Of a stretch of DNA of 64,000 bases, positions 38,401-51,588 are shown piece by piece (within the stretch, counting starts at the first letter, position 1; each line of letters opens with the position of its first letter). A program made the position numbers and the translations under genes. The stretch comes from Octopus vulgaris (lineage: Eukaryota): assembly GCA_951406725.2 (NCBI GenBank), contig OX597814.1, positions 83,266,001 through 83,330,000 on the forward strand. The letters are read 5' to 3'. The notes below the pieces were generated by a model, which was given only the letters and a program-made list of their open reading frames with translations, made no database searches and was not told the DNA's origin.

Positions 38401-38715
38401 ATATGCCGAGATGATGGTAGCTGTCCTATGGTGAAGAACTAATCTAATTTTAATTACTCTGTCACTTACTCTGACTACCTCGATTACCTTACCTATCCAT
38501 TTCTCCGCAAGAAGTATACCCACGCCCCCGACTCCGTCAATGTTCCCTGCCCAGAAAATCTTGTACCTGTGTTCCTTGCCCGTGAGGAGCCTAGCAGAAC
38601 CTCCTCTCCACCTTACTTCCTGGATACAGCATACATCCACACGTCTCCGTTCAAGCAGCTCTACAATCTCTCCAGACCTACCTTTCAATGTGGCAACGTT
38701 GAGCGCGCCAACTCT
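35500..38715 (-). mobile_element. Young RTE-clade LINE, 5'-truncated, with an internal deletion joining the ORF to the 3'UTR
   Basis: Long ORF plus 3'UTR repeats and (GAT)n tail; CpGs retained. Confidence 0.97.
35875..38688 (-). CDS. RTE ORF: apurinic-like endonuclease + reverse transcriptase + PHD-like zinc finger (937 aa; last ~34 aa are read-through into the 3'UTR)
   Basis: APE motifs IQEVRW, SAYAPQ, GDFNGHVG, QIDYIL, QHRLV; RT motifs NYRGIKLL, QFGF, FVDMEKAFDRV, GVHQGSVLSPLLF, LLYADD, FRYLG; CSIC..CTQC..HKRC..CGRC. Confidence 0.95.
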   Translation of the reverse strand: MKGRSGEIVELLERRRVDVCCIQEVRWRGGSARLLTGKEHRYKIFWAGNIDGVGGVGILLAEKWIGKVIEVVRVSDRVIKIRLVLHHRTATIISAYAPQPGLPEGQKDQFYDTLLRTTSLTNDSDLLFVAGDFNGHVGRHVRGFHGIHGGHGFGSRNEEGTRLLEFCDANDLMVCNTHFRKPTSHLVTYRSGRHTSQIDYILARKRERGLIINAKTFPGEECTPQHRLVVSDFRIRAKWLPRRRPAWRRRVWKLKDPANGQRFRDILLEAFDEIEGDIAPLNVEDNWRFLRDNLLTATDQICGWSKVPSRPRVTWWWNTVVDGAIRQKRQAWKDWKNGGSRELYQTAKREARRQVYLARGEADKKKFANVLSREDERLEVFRVARQCVRENRDVVGEKCVCMDDGSLALNEDAKREVWRCHYESLLNKENEWDKESLPNVDPTEGPAIRVDSSVVAKAIRSMKTGKAPGPSGITAEMLKISGSVGYNLVTRIVNQVIHEGVIPNDWCSSILVNCYKGKGDALDTNNYRGIKLLDQVMKVTERVIAQLIRERVSLDEMQFGFVPGKSTTDAIFLVRQLQEKYLAKDKPLYLAFVDMEKAFDRVPRSLIWWSMRKLGIDEWLVRAVQAMYRDAVSKVRVGNMYTEEFKVEVGVHQGSVLSPLLFIIVLQAITEEFKTGCPWELLYADDLALIAESLSELEEKFQVWKEGLESRGLRVNLAKTKVLISRKVENPQISSGRWPCSICRKGVGRNSIRCTQCKLWTHKRCSNVKGRLTGKIVFVCGRCSGALTSENLQKTTSVTFRGEKLEVVDSFRYLGDQVSSGGGCAESVTARIRIAWAKFRELLPLLVTKGLSLRVKGRLYDACVRTAMLHGSETWAVTAEDMHKLVRNEASMLRWMCNVSVLTRSMEFVSLWYQCRWHIRKPSERDRSQYRNDWPPC

Positions 38716-38843
38716 AGGGAATATTATTCCAAACTTACAGGGAATAATTCAATTTAGAAATACTAAATCAAATTTCACAAAATATAATATATATATATAT
38801 ATATATAAATTAGAATTGATAAAAGGTGTTTTTTTCCAATTTT

Positions 38844-38878
<35 letters not shown>

Positions 38879-39467
38879 TCAATTGGCTTCTTTCAGTTTT
38901 CCTCTACCAAATCCATTCACAAGACTTTGGTCAGCCCAAGGTGCCACATAGTAGGACTGAACCTGGAACCATGTGGTTGTGAAGCAAGCTTCTTAACACA
39001 CAACCACAACTGCACATATATATATATATATATATATGAATGTATGTATGGGTGTATATGAGTTAGTCTCTTTGCCTTGATATCATGAGATAGTTGCAGG
39101 CGAATGTCACCATCATGCAAGCAGTGTCTTCTATTTCCAAGTGTTCTTCAAATCATGTCTGACCATGGGAAAATATTAACTTGGAAACAGGTGAGGATTG
39201 GGGAAAGGAAAGATATCTGGCTTTAGAAAATTGACCCATACAAGCTTGGAAAAACAGACATTAAAATCAATGTTGATGATGATTGTGTGTATATTCATAT
39301 ACAAACAAGCATATATGTATATATGTGTATACATCCATACACAAACATGTATACACACACATGCATATATATATACACACATCCACATGCATATATGTAT
39401 ATGCATGCATATATATATATATATATATATATATCAATATATATAAGCAACAGAATATCAAGAGGTG

Positions 39468-39555
39468 ATGCAGTACAACCATTTCAAGCAGCTCCATTTA
39501 ATTGAACAATGCAATCATTACATCAATTTAAATGCAGGGCTATCCTCAGCTGCAT
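39468..39555 (-). ncRNA. Type I hammerhead ribozyme with long stem II (stem III decayed)
   Basis: Minus strand atgcag-CTGAGGA-[tagc..catttaaattga..tcaattaaatg..gctg]-GAAAT-ggtt-GTA-ctgcat; 6-bp stem I; about 25 bp from a (TA)n tract. Confidence 0.7.
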
Positions 39556-40564
39556 AAATAAATAGAATTTTTAATCAGTTGGACACATATTTTTTTCCGA
39601 TTTTTTTTCTGATTCTTAGCTTATAATTAATATAAAGATAGCATGATTTATTGCCCCAGTTTTCCATAAGTAAACACCCAGAGCAATCTTTATGGAAACC
39701 ACCTAATAAATAAATAATTAAGGACAGGAATGAATATTAAACTAATTCTATGTAATCTTCTCTTTCTAATGTTGAAAATTGGAATATATATACACATTTT
39801 ATCTATTCTGGTTATATCATTTTTAATAATCTTAAATTTTATCTTTATACAACATAACAATATTGTTTATATCCATAGTACCCCATGATAATTTCCTCTG
39901 TATTAACATCATAGGTTTTATTAGCGTCTAGCCCCTTTAACTGGTAATTAATATCTAGTAATTAACAGCCTACTTATAGACAATTACTTATACAAGTCCT
40001 AAAATCCTGACAATATTCATGACCATACCCATATATACTCATGCACATGCATATATGTATATGCTTGCACAAAGAATCATATATACATGACATATGAGTG
40101 TCTGTTAGTCAGTGTATGGACACTAAATAACTTTTTGTTTTGTTTTTATCTTTTAGTTATATAAACTTAAAAGGAACAATGGCACAATTAAATTTTTACT
40201 ATTTGCAGGAAAAAAAGTTCAAATTCAGCTATGTGTTTAAAGCTATTTTTGACAACTTTTTTTTTTAATGTAATAAAATTCTTTATCTAATTACTTTCAA
40301 AGAAAGGAGCTGGAAAAAAGTGAGTTACATATCATAGCATAAGAGACAGAATTGATTATCTTTATGAAGAAAACTTCTGCTTTTGCAGCTTGATAAATGT
40401 TCTGCAAACACTCAATGTCTATTAGAATAGTTTAAGTTTTGCTATGATACAGACCTCTTATACAATCTGTGCTTCAATTTAATATCTGCTTTACAGATTA
40501 CTCAGGAGTTTTTTGAGGGAGCTGTGATAATCAACATTGTGTTCAATATAATGGAAATATAAAA

Positions 40565-40740
40565 AAGTGCAAGCTGGCTGAATCATTAGCATGTTGGGAA
40601 AAATGCTTAGCAGCATTTTGTCCAGCTTTATATTCTGAGTACAAATGCTGTCCAGGTCAACGTTGCCTTTCATCCTTTCAGGACCAATAAAATAAGTTCC
40701 AGTTGAACACTGGGGTTGTGCCAAAATTTGAAACCAATAT
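40565..40740 (+). mobile_element. SINE family A with target-site duplication
   Basis: Flanked by AATATAATGGAAAT on both sides. Confidence 0.8.
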
Positions 40741-40797
40741 AATGGAAATGAAAAAGAAGTAAAAAATAATTGACTATACCTACCATCCTACAATATA

Positions 40798-41291
40798 TAC
40801 AGGATGTCTTAGAATTAACTGTTTCAGTGAAATCAGACAATTTTTTTAAAAATTCATTTTTATCTATGTTTATCAAGTTTAATATGCGTTAAAAGTGTAT
40901 AAATTTTATAATTTTATTTTTCATTCCTGTTGGATCCTCCTTATTTGTCCACAACAGCTTTTTTTTCGAGCACTGCAATCATTTTCTCTACCTTCATCCC
41001 CATGATGGAGCAATAATTTAGTTGAACTTAAAGAATACATTCTGTTAGCAGTGCAAGAGAGAAACTCGTGAAATGCTTCAAAATGAATTTCACAATGCTA
41101 AGAGTAGATTTGAAATTTGCAAGGATGCAGACAGATCACATGTTGAAAATTTTCAATCAAGTTTTAGCATAGGATTTATCAATCTATTCGTTTTAGTATC
41201 ATGATTAAGTAATAAACATAAAATTCTATCAGTATTTTTAAAATTTGTCCTATTTCATGAAAATAGATAGTTAATTCTGGTACACTCTGTA
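40798..41291 (+). mobile_element. Internally deleted Tc1/mariner-superfamily element
   Basis: TA-CAGGATGTCTTAGAATTAACT ... AGTTAATTCTGGTACACTCTG-TA TIRs; residual C-terminal peptide ELKEYILLAV..EMLQNEFHNAKSRFEICKDADRSHVE. Confidence 0.7.
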
Positions 41292-44200
41292 TATTACACA
41301 AACATATTATAGAGAGTAACAATTTTGTGCACCAAGGATACCTTTTATTTCAGGAGTCAGGGAACTAACATTACCCTCACTTCAATGACCTAAACTACCA
41401 AAAGAATAAAAAATATATGTGGGATAAGGGTGTATTTGTGCATGTGTGTATTTAAAAGTAAAAAAGATGCATCTGAACTTTAGCAATAAATAATAACTCA
41501 ACCATAAATAATAATAATAATAATGAAAGTAGTGAAAAATGCCTTCAGAATGCCCTATTAGGAAAATATATGTTGAAATATTAACATATGTGCCTGAAGC
41601 TATATAGTACAAAGATACATCTAAATCTAGGCAGTATGATTTTTTGCTCATCTAAGTAGGATGTGCATAATAACTCAATAGGTAGTCAGTGATATGATTT
41701 TATGGGAAATAAACAAACTAAAAGAATGAACCTCAAATATGCCACATAAAGGAAACAAAATACCTACCATCACTTATCTTGCAGGAGATCTAGGTGATTA
41801 TTCACTTCAACTGCTGTAGAAGAAAGTTGCTTGTTTAGCCACACAATATTTAGCACAATAAATCAATCAGGATTGGGAAAAGGGATGATGTGATTAGTTT
41901 ATATATCCCTGAGATACAGTGACTGTCTTAGAAAGATAGTGAAAAAGTCCTCATTATTGTTCTACTGCAGGAATATAATGAATTAGGACACTTAAATACA
42001 TGCCAGAAGCTATGTAGTAGATAACTTCCTACAAACCTAGGCAATGCAATCTTAGTTCATCTGAGGGACATACTGTATCACTGAGAGTGCATGATGACTC
42101 AACATGTAGTTAGTACTGTAACTTCATGTGTAAATGAATAAAACAAGAATGGACCTCTATGTGTGAGTGTGTGTGTGTGTGTGTGTGTAAACACATTTTG
42201 GTTCAATGAGTAAGAAATTCCTCACACAATCATGATGTCTGATGTGTGATATCTTGGGCAAGAGCCTCAGATTGATCAAAGTCTTCTGAGTAAAATTGGA
42301 ACGACAGAAATTGTAAGAAGGCTCATTGTATAGATTGTACCTCTAATTCAAATTACAGCCTCGTCACACTGTATCATGCTGATTCTGCCTAAGAATTGTG
42401 CTAAGGATGTGGAATATTCAGCTATTTACTCATCAATTCAATGAGTAGGTAATTCAATTAATTAAACAATTGAATGCTCATCATCCAAAGCATTAGAGAT
42501 CTTTTTGTTCTGTTACTTTATAAATGCTATTATTTAGTTCTATTTCTAGATTTCTTGCTAATGGAGAAAGAGCTGGTTTCTAACCTAGATCCAAAGCTCC
42601 TTCATTGGAATTTCCCCAATATCAATAGGAGAGTTGTGCATGTATGTGTGTGTGTATGTGCAAGTACTTGGAGCTAGTGTATGTGCAGGTCTCTATGCTT
42701 TGTTTTATATATGTATATTCATACATACAGTTGCATATCTAGACATGTGCAATGTATACTTATAATGCTAACTTTTTGGAAAGTTTTACATACTTTGACT
42801 GTTCCATTAATGGATTATATCTGTTGTTTTCTAGTTAGCTATCTGTTTTCTGCTTTTGAGAACCCTAATTTCTCAAGATTGGTGAAGAGGCAATTGGTTA
42901 CATATCCAAGTGCTCCAATCTGAACTTGCAATCTGGGTGATATAACTGTAAGTTTCTTAATAGTCTAGTGAAGGCATATTGTGTTTCACTGATCTTTACC
43001 TTTATGTTGATATCTTCTAGGTAACTTGTGTGTGTGTGTGTGTGTATGTGTGTAATTACGTGTGATGCAAGTGGGCAGGTGGGTGAAAGACAGGCAGGCA
43101 TAATAACAAACCAAATCAAATATATTTGCCTTGAAGTGATCTAGTCAAACTTTCTTCTATTGATACAAATATATTCTAACCTTAAAGTAAAAAAAAAAAA
43201 AGACAGCCAAAACCATAGGCTTTTAGTAGCCATATACTCTCCATCAATGTGTATGTAAAAAGAAGAAGAAATATTCTATTCATTTTCCTATCATAAAACC
43301 TAATTGTATCCAATCTTTCAGTCCTAAGACCTTCTTTTCAAACCTTGCTATTATTATATACATTAATGGAATTCTTTCAAGTTTCCATTGAATAAATGAA
43401 AGATTTTCTTTATAGTTAACCTTATGGCTAACAATATTTCTTGATTTACATGATAATTATTTCTTCTCTTATAAACATTTCCTCTTCTATTTTTGTTGGT
43501 CTTTATTCAACATACATTTTCATCTCTTGTCCAAGACATTCCACTGAAGATTTCTTACAATCTCTCATTGAAATTCAGTTTTATGAACTCATATTTTCTT
43601 CAAACATATGCCATTATCAAATCATTTTTACTTAACCATCTTAAAGAAACATTGATAATGCACTACTTAGTCCTTGTTCGCGTGTGTGTGTGTGTGTGTG
43701 TGTAATAAAAAGATATTTGTTAGTTCTGTATCATTTGTCTGTATATGTGTGTGTGTCACTGCACATGTGTGTATATGCACATAACATTATAAATCAATTT
43801 CAAACTGTGTATGTACATGTGTATGTATGTTTGTATCTCTGAGTATGTATGTATGAATTTAAGTGAAATGAATACAAATTCTATCTAAGCTATATCTGTA
43901 TATGTGTGCTTGTATGCACACATGCACATATAGGTTTTGAAATGTGATACAAATTAACTGTAAATCATACATGCATATCTAAATGTATGCTCACATGAAA
44001 TGTTGGATATATTATAATTAAATCTCTTTTAAGCAGTCAATAGCTCATAGAAGTATGTTTACATGTGTGAAGTACATGACAAAACAGATGGCATTGTTGC
44101 ACATGCCTTTTGTTACTATAAGCAGTCTCACCTACATTTGCTTTCTTTTATCAGCTGTACTACTATTTATGTCTTTCTCAACACAATAAGCATATGAAGC

Positions 44201-45884
44201 ATTTTATTGTTTGTATACATTTTGTAGCATCATTAATGCTGAAGGATTATTGCATCTGCAGACTGATGCAAATTATATATGATTTATATCTCTGTATCAC
44301 TTTTATATATTGAGGGGTCATATAACAGGACTCCTTTAGGTATCCCAGTTCTATTATAGATGTACAACCTAACACAACTCATAGGGTGGATCTCTAAACT
44401 GTAAGTTATCTCTAGTTTTTGCTGTGTGGATGAAACACAAATCTACAACTAAATAAGACAATCTGCAAATAAGTTTACTCAAAAGGCATCGTAAATATTC
44501 ACCCAGGTCTGATGAGATATGTTCTGTGACACATCTTTATCAAATACTTAGTAGAATATGAATTTGCAATCAGTGAGTTTATAATCTATATAGACACTAT
44601 ATTCACTTAGCTATTTCTCAAGAGCTTCATTTCTGTTTAAATGTCAACCAATATAAACCAGAAAGAATATACTCTATGCTAATTCTCAAAAGTCCATCCT
44701 TATCCAGCTACATGGCAATTTCAAGAGTTAACTTAATGCAACATGCACATAAAATTACACTGCAGCTCACAAAATTAACACTACTATATGACCCAGTACC
44801 AAGCTGATAAGAGGTTTTTCAGAATACTAAATAACATTTTTTATCATCAGATGCCTAACGATAGTGTATGTTGTTGAATTCAGATTTATTTTTATTTCAA
44901 AACTATTAATGTATACAAATCCTAGTACTTACTCTTTTAAGCATAGATTTTGTTGACCCCCTCCTCCTATTCATTTTTTAAAAAATATACTTTTCTTTAA
45001 TGGTCTTCAGATTTTTACGTTTTGTACATCAGAGATTCAGAATCTGCAAAAAGTAAAAAAAGAAAATGTTTATTTTTACATTAAAATGTTGAAAGATATA
45101 ATAATTAAAATGGGTTTTATTTTTTAAGCAAAAACTTATAAGGATTAGAGGATATATAACTTCAAAAATTACTGACACACTCACAGACACATACATGCAT
45201 ATGTATATAAATATTTGTAAATTGTAAAGTGATTGGCATTAGGAGGGGGGCATCCAATTATAGAAACCATGCCAAAACAGATACTGGAATTTTGTACTGA
45301 ACTGCCATTCATCAGATCCTGTCATTCTGTCCAACCCATGTCAGCATGGAAAACAGGTATTAAATGATTATGGTGAGAAGGACGGTCTTCATTCTTAATA
45401 AATTGAAACTGAAGGAACATTATTTTAAATTTTCAGAAAATTAAAATATTGCTTCCAAATGTAAACAAAATATATTTATATAAACTTCAATCTCAAATGA
45501 AATTATTTACATACAAAAGAGAAGTACTTCAGTTGTACAAATTTTAATTAGTTTCTGATCTATAAAGAAATTAATTAAAAATATTTCTCTTTGTCTTTAT
45601 TAAAATAAAACAAAATTTACAGATTTTGAGTCTGACATTCAAAGGATAGAAACCAAACACTGTTTTTAAAAAACTGCATAATAAACAATGTATGACGTGG
45701 ATATAAAAGAATCTATGCATAAGCAAATAAGTGACTAAATATGTCATTAACTCCACCTTAGTCTCTCTCTGTTTCTGTACTATATGCCTTTCATGGATAT
45801 ATTTATTTCTGTCTCCATACCATCTCTGCTCAAATCTCTCTCTCATTCTATTTTTCATTTTCTCATATTTTTCTTATGTTTTCA

Positions 45885-46250
45885 GGCATGGCTGTGTGTT
45901 AAAAAGTTTGCTTCCCCAACCACATAGTTTCAGGTTCAGTCTCACTGCATAACACTACTATGTTCTTGAGTCAACCAAAGCCTTGTGAGTGGGTTTAGTA
46001 GACAGACACTGAAAGAAGTTTATTGTTTGTGTGTGAGTGTGTTTTTGAGTCTGTCTTTGTGTCTCTCCCTCACCACCACCACTTGACAACCGATGCTGGT
46101 TTGTGTATGTCCCTATTATGTAGCAGTCTGGTAAAAGAGGTGGACAGAATAGGTACTGGGGTTAACTTGTTCATCTAAGATCCTTCAAGGAATTGCCCCA
46201 GAATGGTCACAGTTCATTGACTGAAACAAGTGAAAGAAAGATAAAAGAAA
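45885..46250 (+). mobile_element. SINE family B, near full length
   Basis: tRNA-like head, (TG)n middle, 3' tail CCTTCAAGG..GCCCCAG.ATGGTCACAGT..TGACTGAAACAAG. Confidence 0.8.
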
Positions 46251-48459
46251 GAATCTATCCTCCACGGAGAACCTTATGTTTCTACATTTATATTGAAAAT
46301 AGCTTGTTCTATTCAGTCTGAAGTGTAAACTCTAGGGCTCTATTTGAGGTTAGTAGAGGTTCCACAAAACATAAGGCTAAATAAGGAAATATAATTTTGA
46401 ATCATTTTTGTATTTTCTTCTCCATCCATAATGTTATTATAATTATGGGTCATATTCTCCAAGAGAAATTCTGGTATTTGTAAAGAGATCCTGCAGAAAA
46501 AATAACCTCACCTCCAGAAATCTTGGTAAAGAAGAAATTTTTTAAACCTTCTTTGTGACATCCCATCATAGTTTTGTGATTTGGTTAATTTCTTATGAAA
46601 GTTAAATGTATGTGAATTTTCATGAAATAAGGAATGTAAATTAGAGTTTCCCCAAGAGTAAAATGGAAACACAACACAGTTTGGGCAAATGATTGAAGTT
46701 CTATTAGCTGTGAGAAAGATTCTGTAATACAGGTGCCATGACAAAGTACCAAGATTTTTTTGTTTTTCTATGTGGGAGATGTCTAACACACTACTTAGTT
46801 CTTGGGTGTTTTCAGCAGTATTCACACTCCTGCAAGCATCCAAAAGAAGCCCATGATTTGAAGATAAAACAATACTCAATTTTTATCAAGGATTATTCAT
46901 GGAATAGTGCCCCAGTGAAGGATTACTACCAGATATAAGATTAGGCACTCAAATCAGAAGGTAACTCCAAATCATCTGACACATAGTCCTAAATCCACAC
47001 CTCCTTTAGTTTGGGTTACCTGCAGCTCATCTCATGAACCAGGGATTACTTTTCCCTTCCCACTAGAACATTTATCTTAATAATCACAAATATATATAAC
47101 TAAATCTGGGAAAAATCCATTGAAATTGGTTTATATATATATATATAAAATATAAATAATATAAATATATATGGGCAACATACACACACATACACACACG
47201 TACGTACATACACCTATTACATATATGTTTTTTGTATGCATACATGTTCATAAACAGAAATGAATGAAAAAATGCTGGTAAATTTGTAGATTAACACTCG
47301 CACGATTTTCACTAAGAAAAAAAAATCAGATTTTTTCCGTGGAATCAACTACTCTGGCCTCCTAATATGCTACAAAACCCTTTTTGTGGTCCTAAAATGG
47401 GGTGGGTTGTGGTGGCAGCCTCAGAAATTGTACCCTGACAAATTGTTACCTACTTCTTTGTTTCTTTGTTGTTAAATAAATGGATTCTCAACAAAACACT
47501 TTTTTCCTCGGCATAAAATATAAACAAAAATTAACATGCCCAAAGTAATGTGTGTGTTTGAGAGGGTGGGGAGAAACATGAACGATTTAAAATGAATAAA
47601 TGATTTAAAATATATTTTAATTATTGTGTGAGAAAGTATATATAATCTGATTATAAAATATAGTGTCTTTCAAAAACATCCTAAATTTGAAGACTATATC
47701 TCATGTTTAAGAAAAAAACAAAACATTTTACATTTCTATTTTTGATGAATGCTGTCACTTTCTCTCTCTCTCCCACTTTTCTGTACCTTTTTTTGTTAGA
47801 CACTGTCAAACACTCTCTCTCCCTCACACACACACACATACATACATCAACACACAACTTCTCTCTCTCCCTCACACACACACATACATCAACACACAAC
47901 TTCTCTCTCACCCTTACACACACACACACTTTCACTTGGCTATGGCAAGAAGGGACATAACTCATGTTAGCAAACTTCAAAATTGGTAAAAGTTATGGCT
48001 GAAAAAATATTTTTACTGCTATCTGCGGGTGCCTCGGGAAAAAATAAGTTGACAAAACCCAGGTAGGATGGTGACGAATGTCCTCCTCAAATTGGAGCAA
48101 CATGCATACTAATTTGTGGACATGCATAAACTACATTCACGTACACACACACACCTTCTGCCTTTTATATATACAGATACACTAATCACATCACTGGACA
48201 ATTCTCCTTTCTTTCTACAAACCTCCATGGGCACACATTATATCAACATCCTATACTAAGAGTCTATCAAGACTTTGTTGCATCTTAAGATTTCCAACAC
48301 TCTTCCTTTCTATACATTAATGATTTACTTTCTTTACTGCAAATTCTACAAATACTATCTCAGATGTTACTACACTTCACTTCCAAAATTGGGTATCTTC
48401 TGCATACAACATAGATAATTTCTGCCAGGGGTTCTGCTTCCATGACAGCAATTCAGAAA

Positions 48460-48745
48460 ATTTCCTCAGTAAGAAGGGCCACATAAAAGCATTGGTAGGA
48501 GTGCTGGTGTCACATGAAAAGCACTGGTGAAGGTGCCATGTAAAAAGCATTAGTGATGGTTCCACATAAAAAGCACCCAATACACTCTGTAAAGCAGTTG
48601 GTATTAGGAAGGGCATCCAGCCATAGAAACCAAGCCAAAATAGACTATGGAACCTGGTGCAGCCCCTGGCCTTGCTAGTTCCTGTCAAACCATCCATCCC
48701 ATGCCATCTAGGAAAATATATTTTAAATGTTGATGAGATGATGAA
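48460..48745 (+). mobile_element. Old RTE 3'UTR fragment
   Basis: TTGGTATTAGGAAGGGCATCCAGCCATAGAAACC motif shared with other RTE tails (also ~33215, ~45230, ~51855). Confidence 0.75.
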
Positions 48746-50436
48746 GAAAAAGAAAAACATGATGACCTAATCCTCAATAGAATGAAGAGATGCTCCTTAC
48801 TCATATCAAGGAAGCAGTCTTAAATTACATCCTCCTTATATATCAATACATACTCAAAGTTCTTAAAGTCACTACAAATGCATTGCAATCTTTACAGCAA
48901 GCAAATGTGGCCTACATTTCATTGCTAGAATTGCTCACATATCTGATATTTTCCTGCCACAGTATACACAAAAATAAATGCATAGCAAAGAATTACTTTT
49001 GTCTGATTGGTAAGGATTCACTCACCAACAAACTACAACCTCTAGAACCAATGTTACTTCACCTATTCAACCAATACTACAACAGCCACTATTCCTCTAA
49101 ACTAAAACCCCAAACATATTCCACTCTGCTTGAGCCTTCTGATGCACATATCTCTCCTCCCCTCGTCATGATTCTATACTAAACAATCTGTTTGAACACT
49201 TCTCAAAAGTGCAGTTCTCTGGAATTTTTTTTTATTACATATCAATGCTAATATATTTCATACAGTTGTCACTGCTAAATATCAACTATATCAATTTCTC
49301 CTGTCTAACTGGGCCAGCCAGGGGGACTGCCTTTTTTTTCTTCAACCAATTAATAAACATATTTTTAAAAATCATGTGGTAAAAAAAGTTAAATAGTCTT
49401 CATCAAATTCCTCGCTGTCTTTAAAATTGAGGCCTCATATTTTAAATAAACATTTTCTCTTCTCTTTCTTGGACATACACTGATATAGGTTTGACTGCAG
49501 TAATCCCACAAGTATTTCTCTTATCAGTATGGCTTCTAAGGCATTGAAATATATGATGAGTTTTTGTTCAACAATGTAATGCCAGAGGTGGGAGTCTGTT
49601 CAATAATGCAATGACAAATTTAGATGAGCTAAGAAACCTCTATATTGTCTCTTGACCAACTACAATTATCTGACATATCTTCAAAGTTCAATATACCATT
49701 TTTAAAATCAATGAATACACTGGATAAACTATTCTTAAAAATGGAGTAGAGTTATTTGATGGTGGAAACTATAAAAACAACAGCAATGATGAAGACAGGG
49801 ACATAATCAACAACTGCCAAGAGCAAGATTTGAACTTATGATCTCTGGTCCATAAGTGCATTACCTGGAGCAATCAATCAGTGTACTAAACTGAAAATAA
49901 TCTCATCCAATAATTCATCATTTACACTTTTCATATTTCTTCTTGCTGTACATTTTGTTCTTTTGTGACTATTTTAGTCTTATCCGATCCCCATCTCCTT
50001 AGTGCTTGTTCACACCACAATATCAACCAACTATTTCTTACACAAAATCACTGTTTATCAGCAACCAGGAGAAAATTACTGCAATATTGCTACTTTTACT
50101 AAATTAGTTTCATTTTAACAATAGACATTATTTAAATAGAATGGTTTGGTAAATACACACACACACTAACATTTACAAATAATGTGTTCTGAAAATGTAT
50201 GAAACAATGAGAACACAGCCTATAACCTTCCATTTGTTTATCTGTGTCTCTCTATATAAGGTGACAAACTGGCATTGTCATAGGCGTGTTGGATAGAATG
50301 TCTTATAGTGTTTTCTGACCTTTAGTACACTAAGTTCAAATCCCACTGAAGTCAGTTTGCCTTTTAACTCTTCAGAGTTGATAAAATCCCAGACAAGTCA
50401 AATATTGACCTCTCTGTCTCTCTCTCTCTCTCTCTG

Positions 50437-50509
<73 letters not shown>

Positions 50510-50577
50510 CTATTCTTCCCTAAAAAATTATTGGTCAAGCTGTATATGTGCATGTATGTTTTATATGTATGTGTCTA

Positions 50578-50905
50578 TGTGAAGGCACGTGACTTAGTGG
50601 TTAGGGTATTTGATTCACAATCATAGGGTGGTGAGTTTGATTCCCAGCAACACATTGTGTCATTCAGCAAGACATTCTATTTCACGTTGCTCCAGTCCAC
50701 TCAGCTGGTAAAAATTAGTAGTACTCGTATTTCAAAGGGCCAGCCTTGTCACACTCTGTATCACACTGCTTCTTCTTGAAAACTACCTTAAGGGTACATG
50801 TGTCTGTGGAGTGCTCAGCCACATGCACATTAATTTCACGAGCAGATTCTGTTGATCAGATCAACTGAAAACCTCATCATTGTAAGTGACAGTTTACAAT
50901 GTGTG
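50578..50905 (+). mobile_element. tRNA-derived SINE family C
   Basis: A-box/B-box-like head TGACTTAGTGGTTAGGG...GTTTGATTCCC and body TTTCACGTTGCTCCAGTCCACTCAGCTG; other copies at ~25092, 55825, 56150, 62560. Confidence 0.8.
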
Positions 50906-50924
50906 ATATATATATATATATATA

Positions 50925-51165
50925 TATTCATCATCCTCATTTCATGTCTGTCTTCTATTCTGACATGGTTGGAGGGTTTAACAGGAGCTGGTAAACCAGT
51001 GGAACATCTGTTTTTACTCATGAGGAATCTAGCAGAGGCTCCCTTCCATCTTATTTCTGATACACCACACACTTCTACATGCTGTCACTCCAGCATATCA
51101 ATAATCTCACTTGTCCTTCGTTTCATTAAGCTGACATTGATGGTGGCGGCCCTGAAATTGTAGGA
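50925..51165 (-). mobile_element. RTE derivative: endonuclease N-terminus fused directly to the 3' tail
   Basis: Minus strand RAATINVSLMKRRTSEII..VSEIRWKGASARFLMSKN followed at ~50995 by the RTE terminal CCTGTTAAACC.TCCAACCATG..GATGATGA. Confidence 0.7.
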
Positions 51166-51296
51166 AAACAGTTGTGGAACTTTTGTCAGCACCTAAAAAG
51201 ATTTGTGCAAATGCTTGCCAGCTGGCAGAGTGCTTTGGTATGTATATATGTATGCATGTGCATACATATGTGTATATTTGTATGTGTGTGTGTATT

Positions 51297-51341
<45 letters not shown>

Positions 51342-51409
51342 GTGTGTGTGTGTGTGTGTGTGTATGTATATACACATATATGTATGTATATATGTATGTG
51401 AGTGTGTAT

Positions 51410-51588
51410 GATAGATCAGTAGCCACTACACACATTTTTGTCTCTCTTTGTTTCTTTCTGTGTTCCTTTCTGTGGAAGAGTGTAGGCTCGAAACGTAAAA
51501 GACTTTTTCAATTCCTGAGCATTATACTAATACATCTGTTTGTTTTTCTACACCCCCTATCTTCTTTTGTTTTTGTCGTGAATTCTCT

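Noticed and set aside
36293-39061. Plus-strand ORFs of 66-173 aa
   Set aside because: Antisense shadows of the RTE ORF
46508-46879. 123-aa minus-strand ORF as a host exon
   Set aside because: No recognisable motifs or convincing splice signals; composition like flanking intron
50578-50650. tRNA gene
   Set aside because: A/B-box-like head continues into a SINE body and no complete cloverleaf forms; same for 62560-62635
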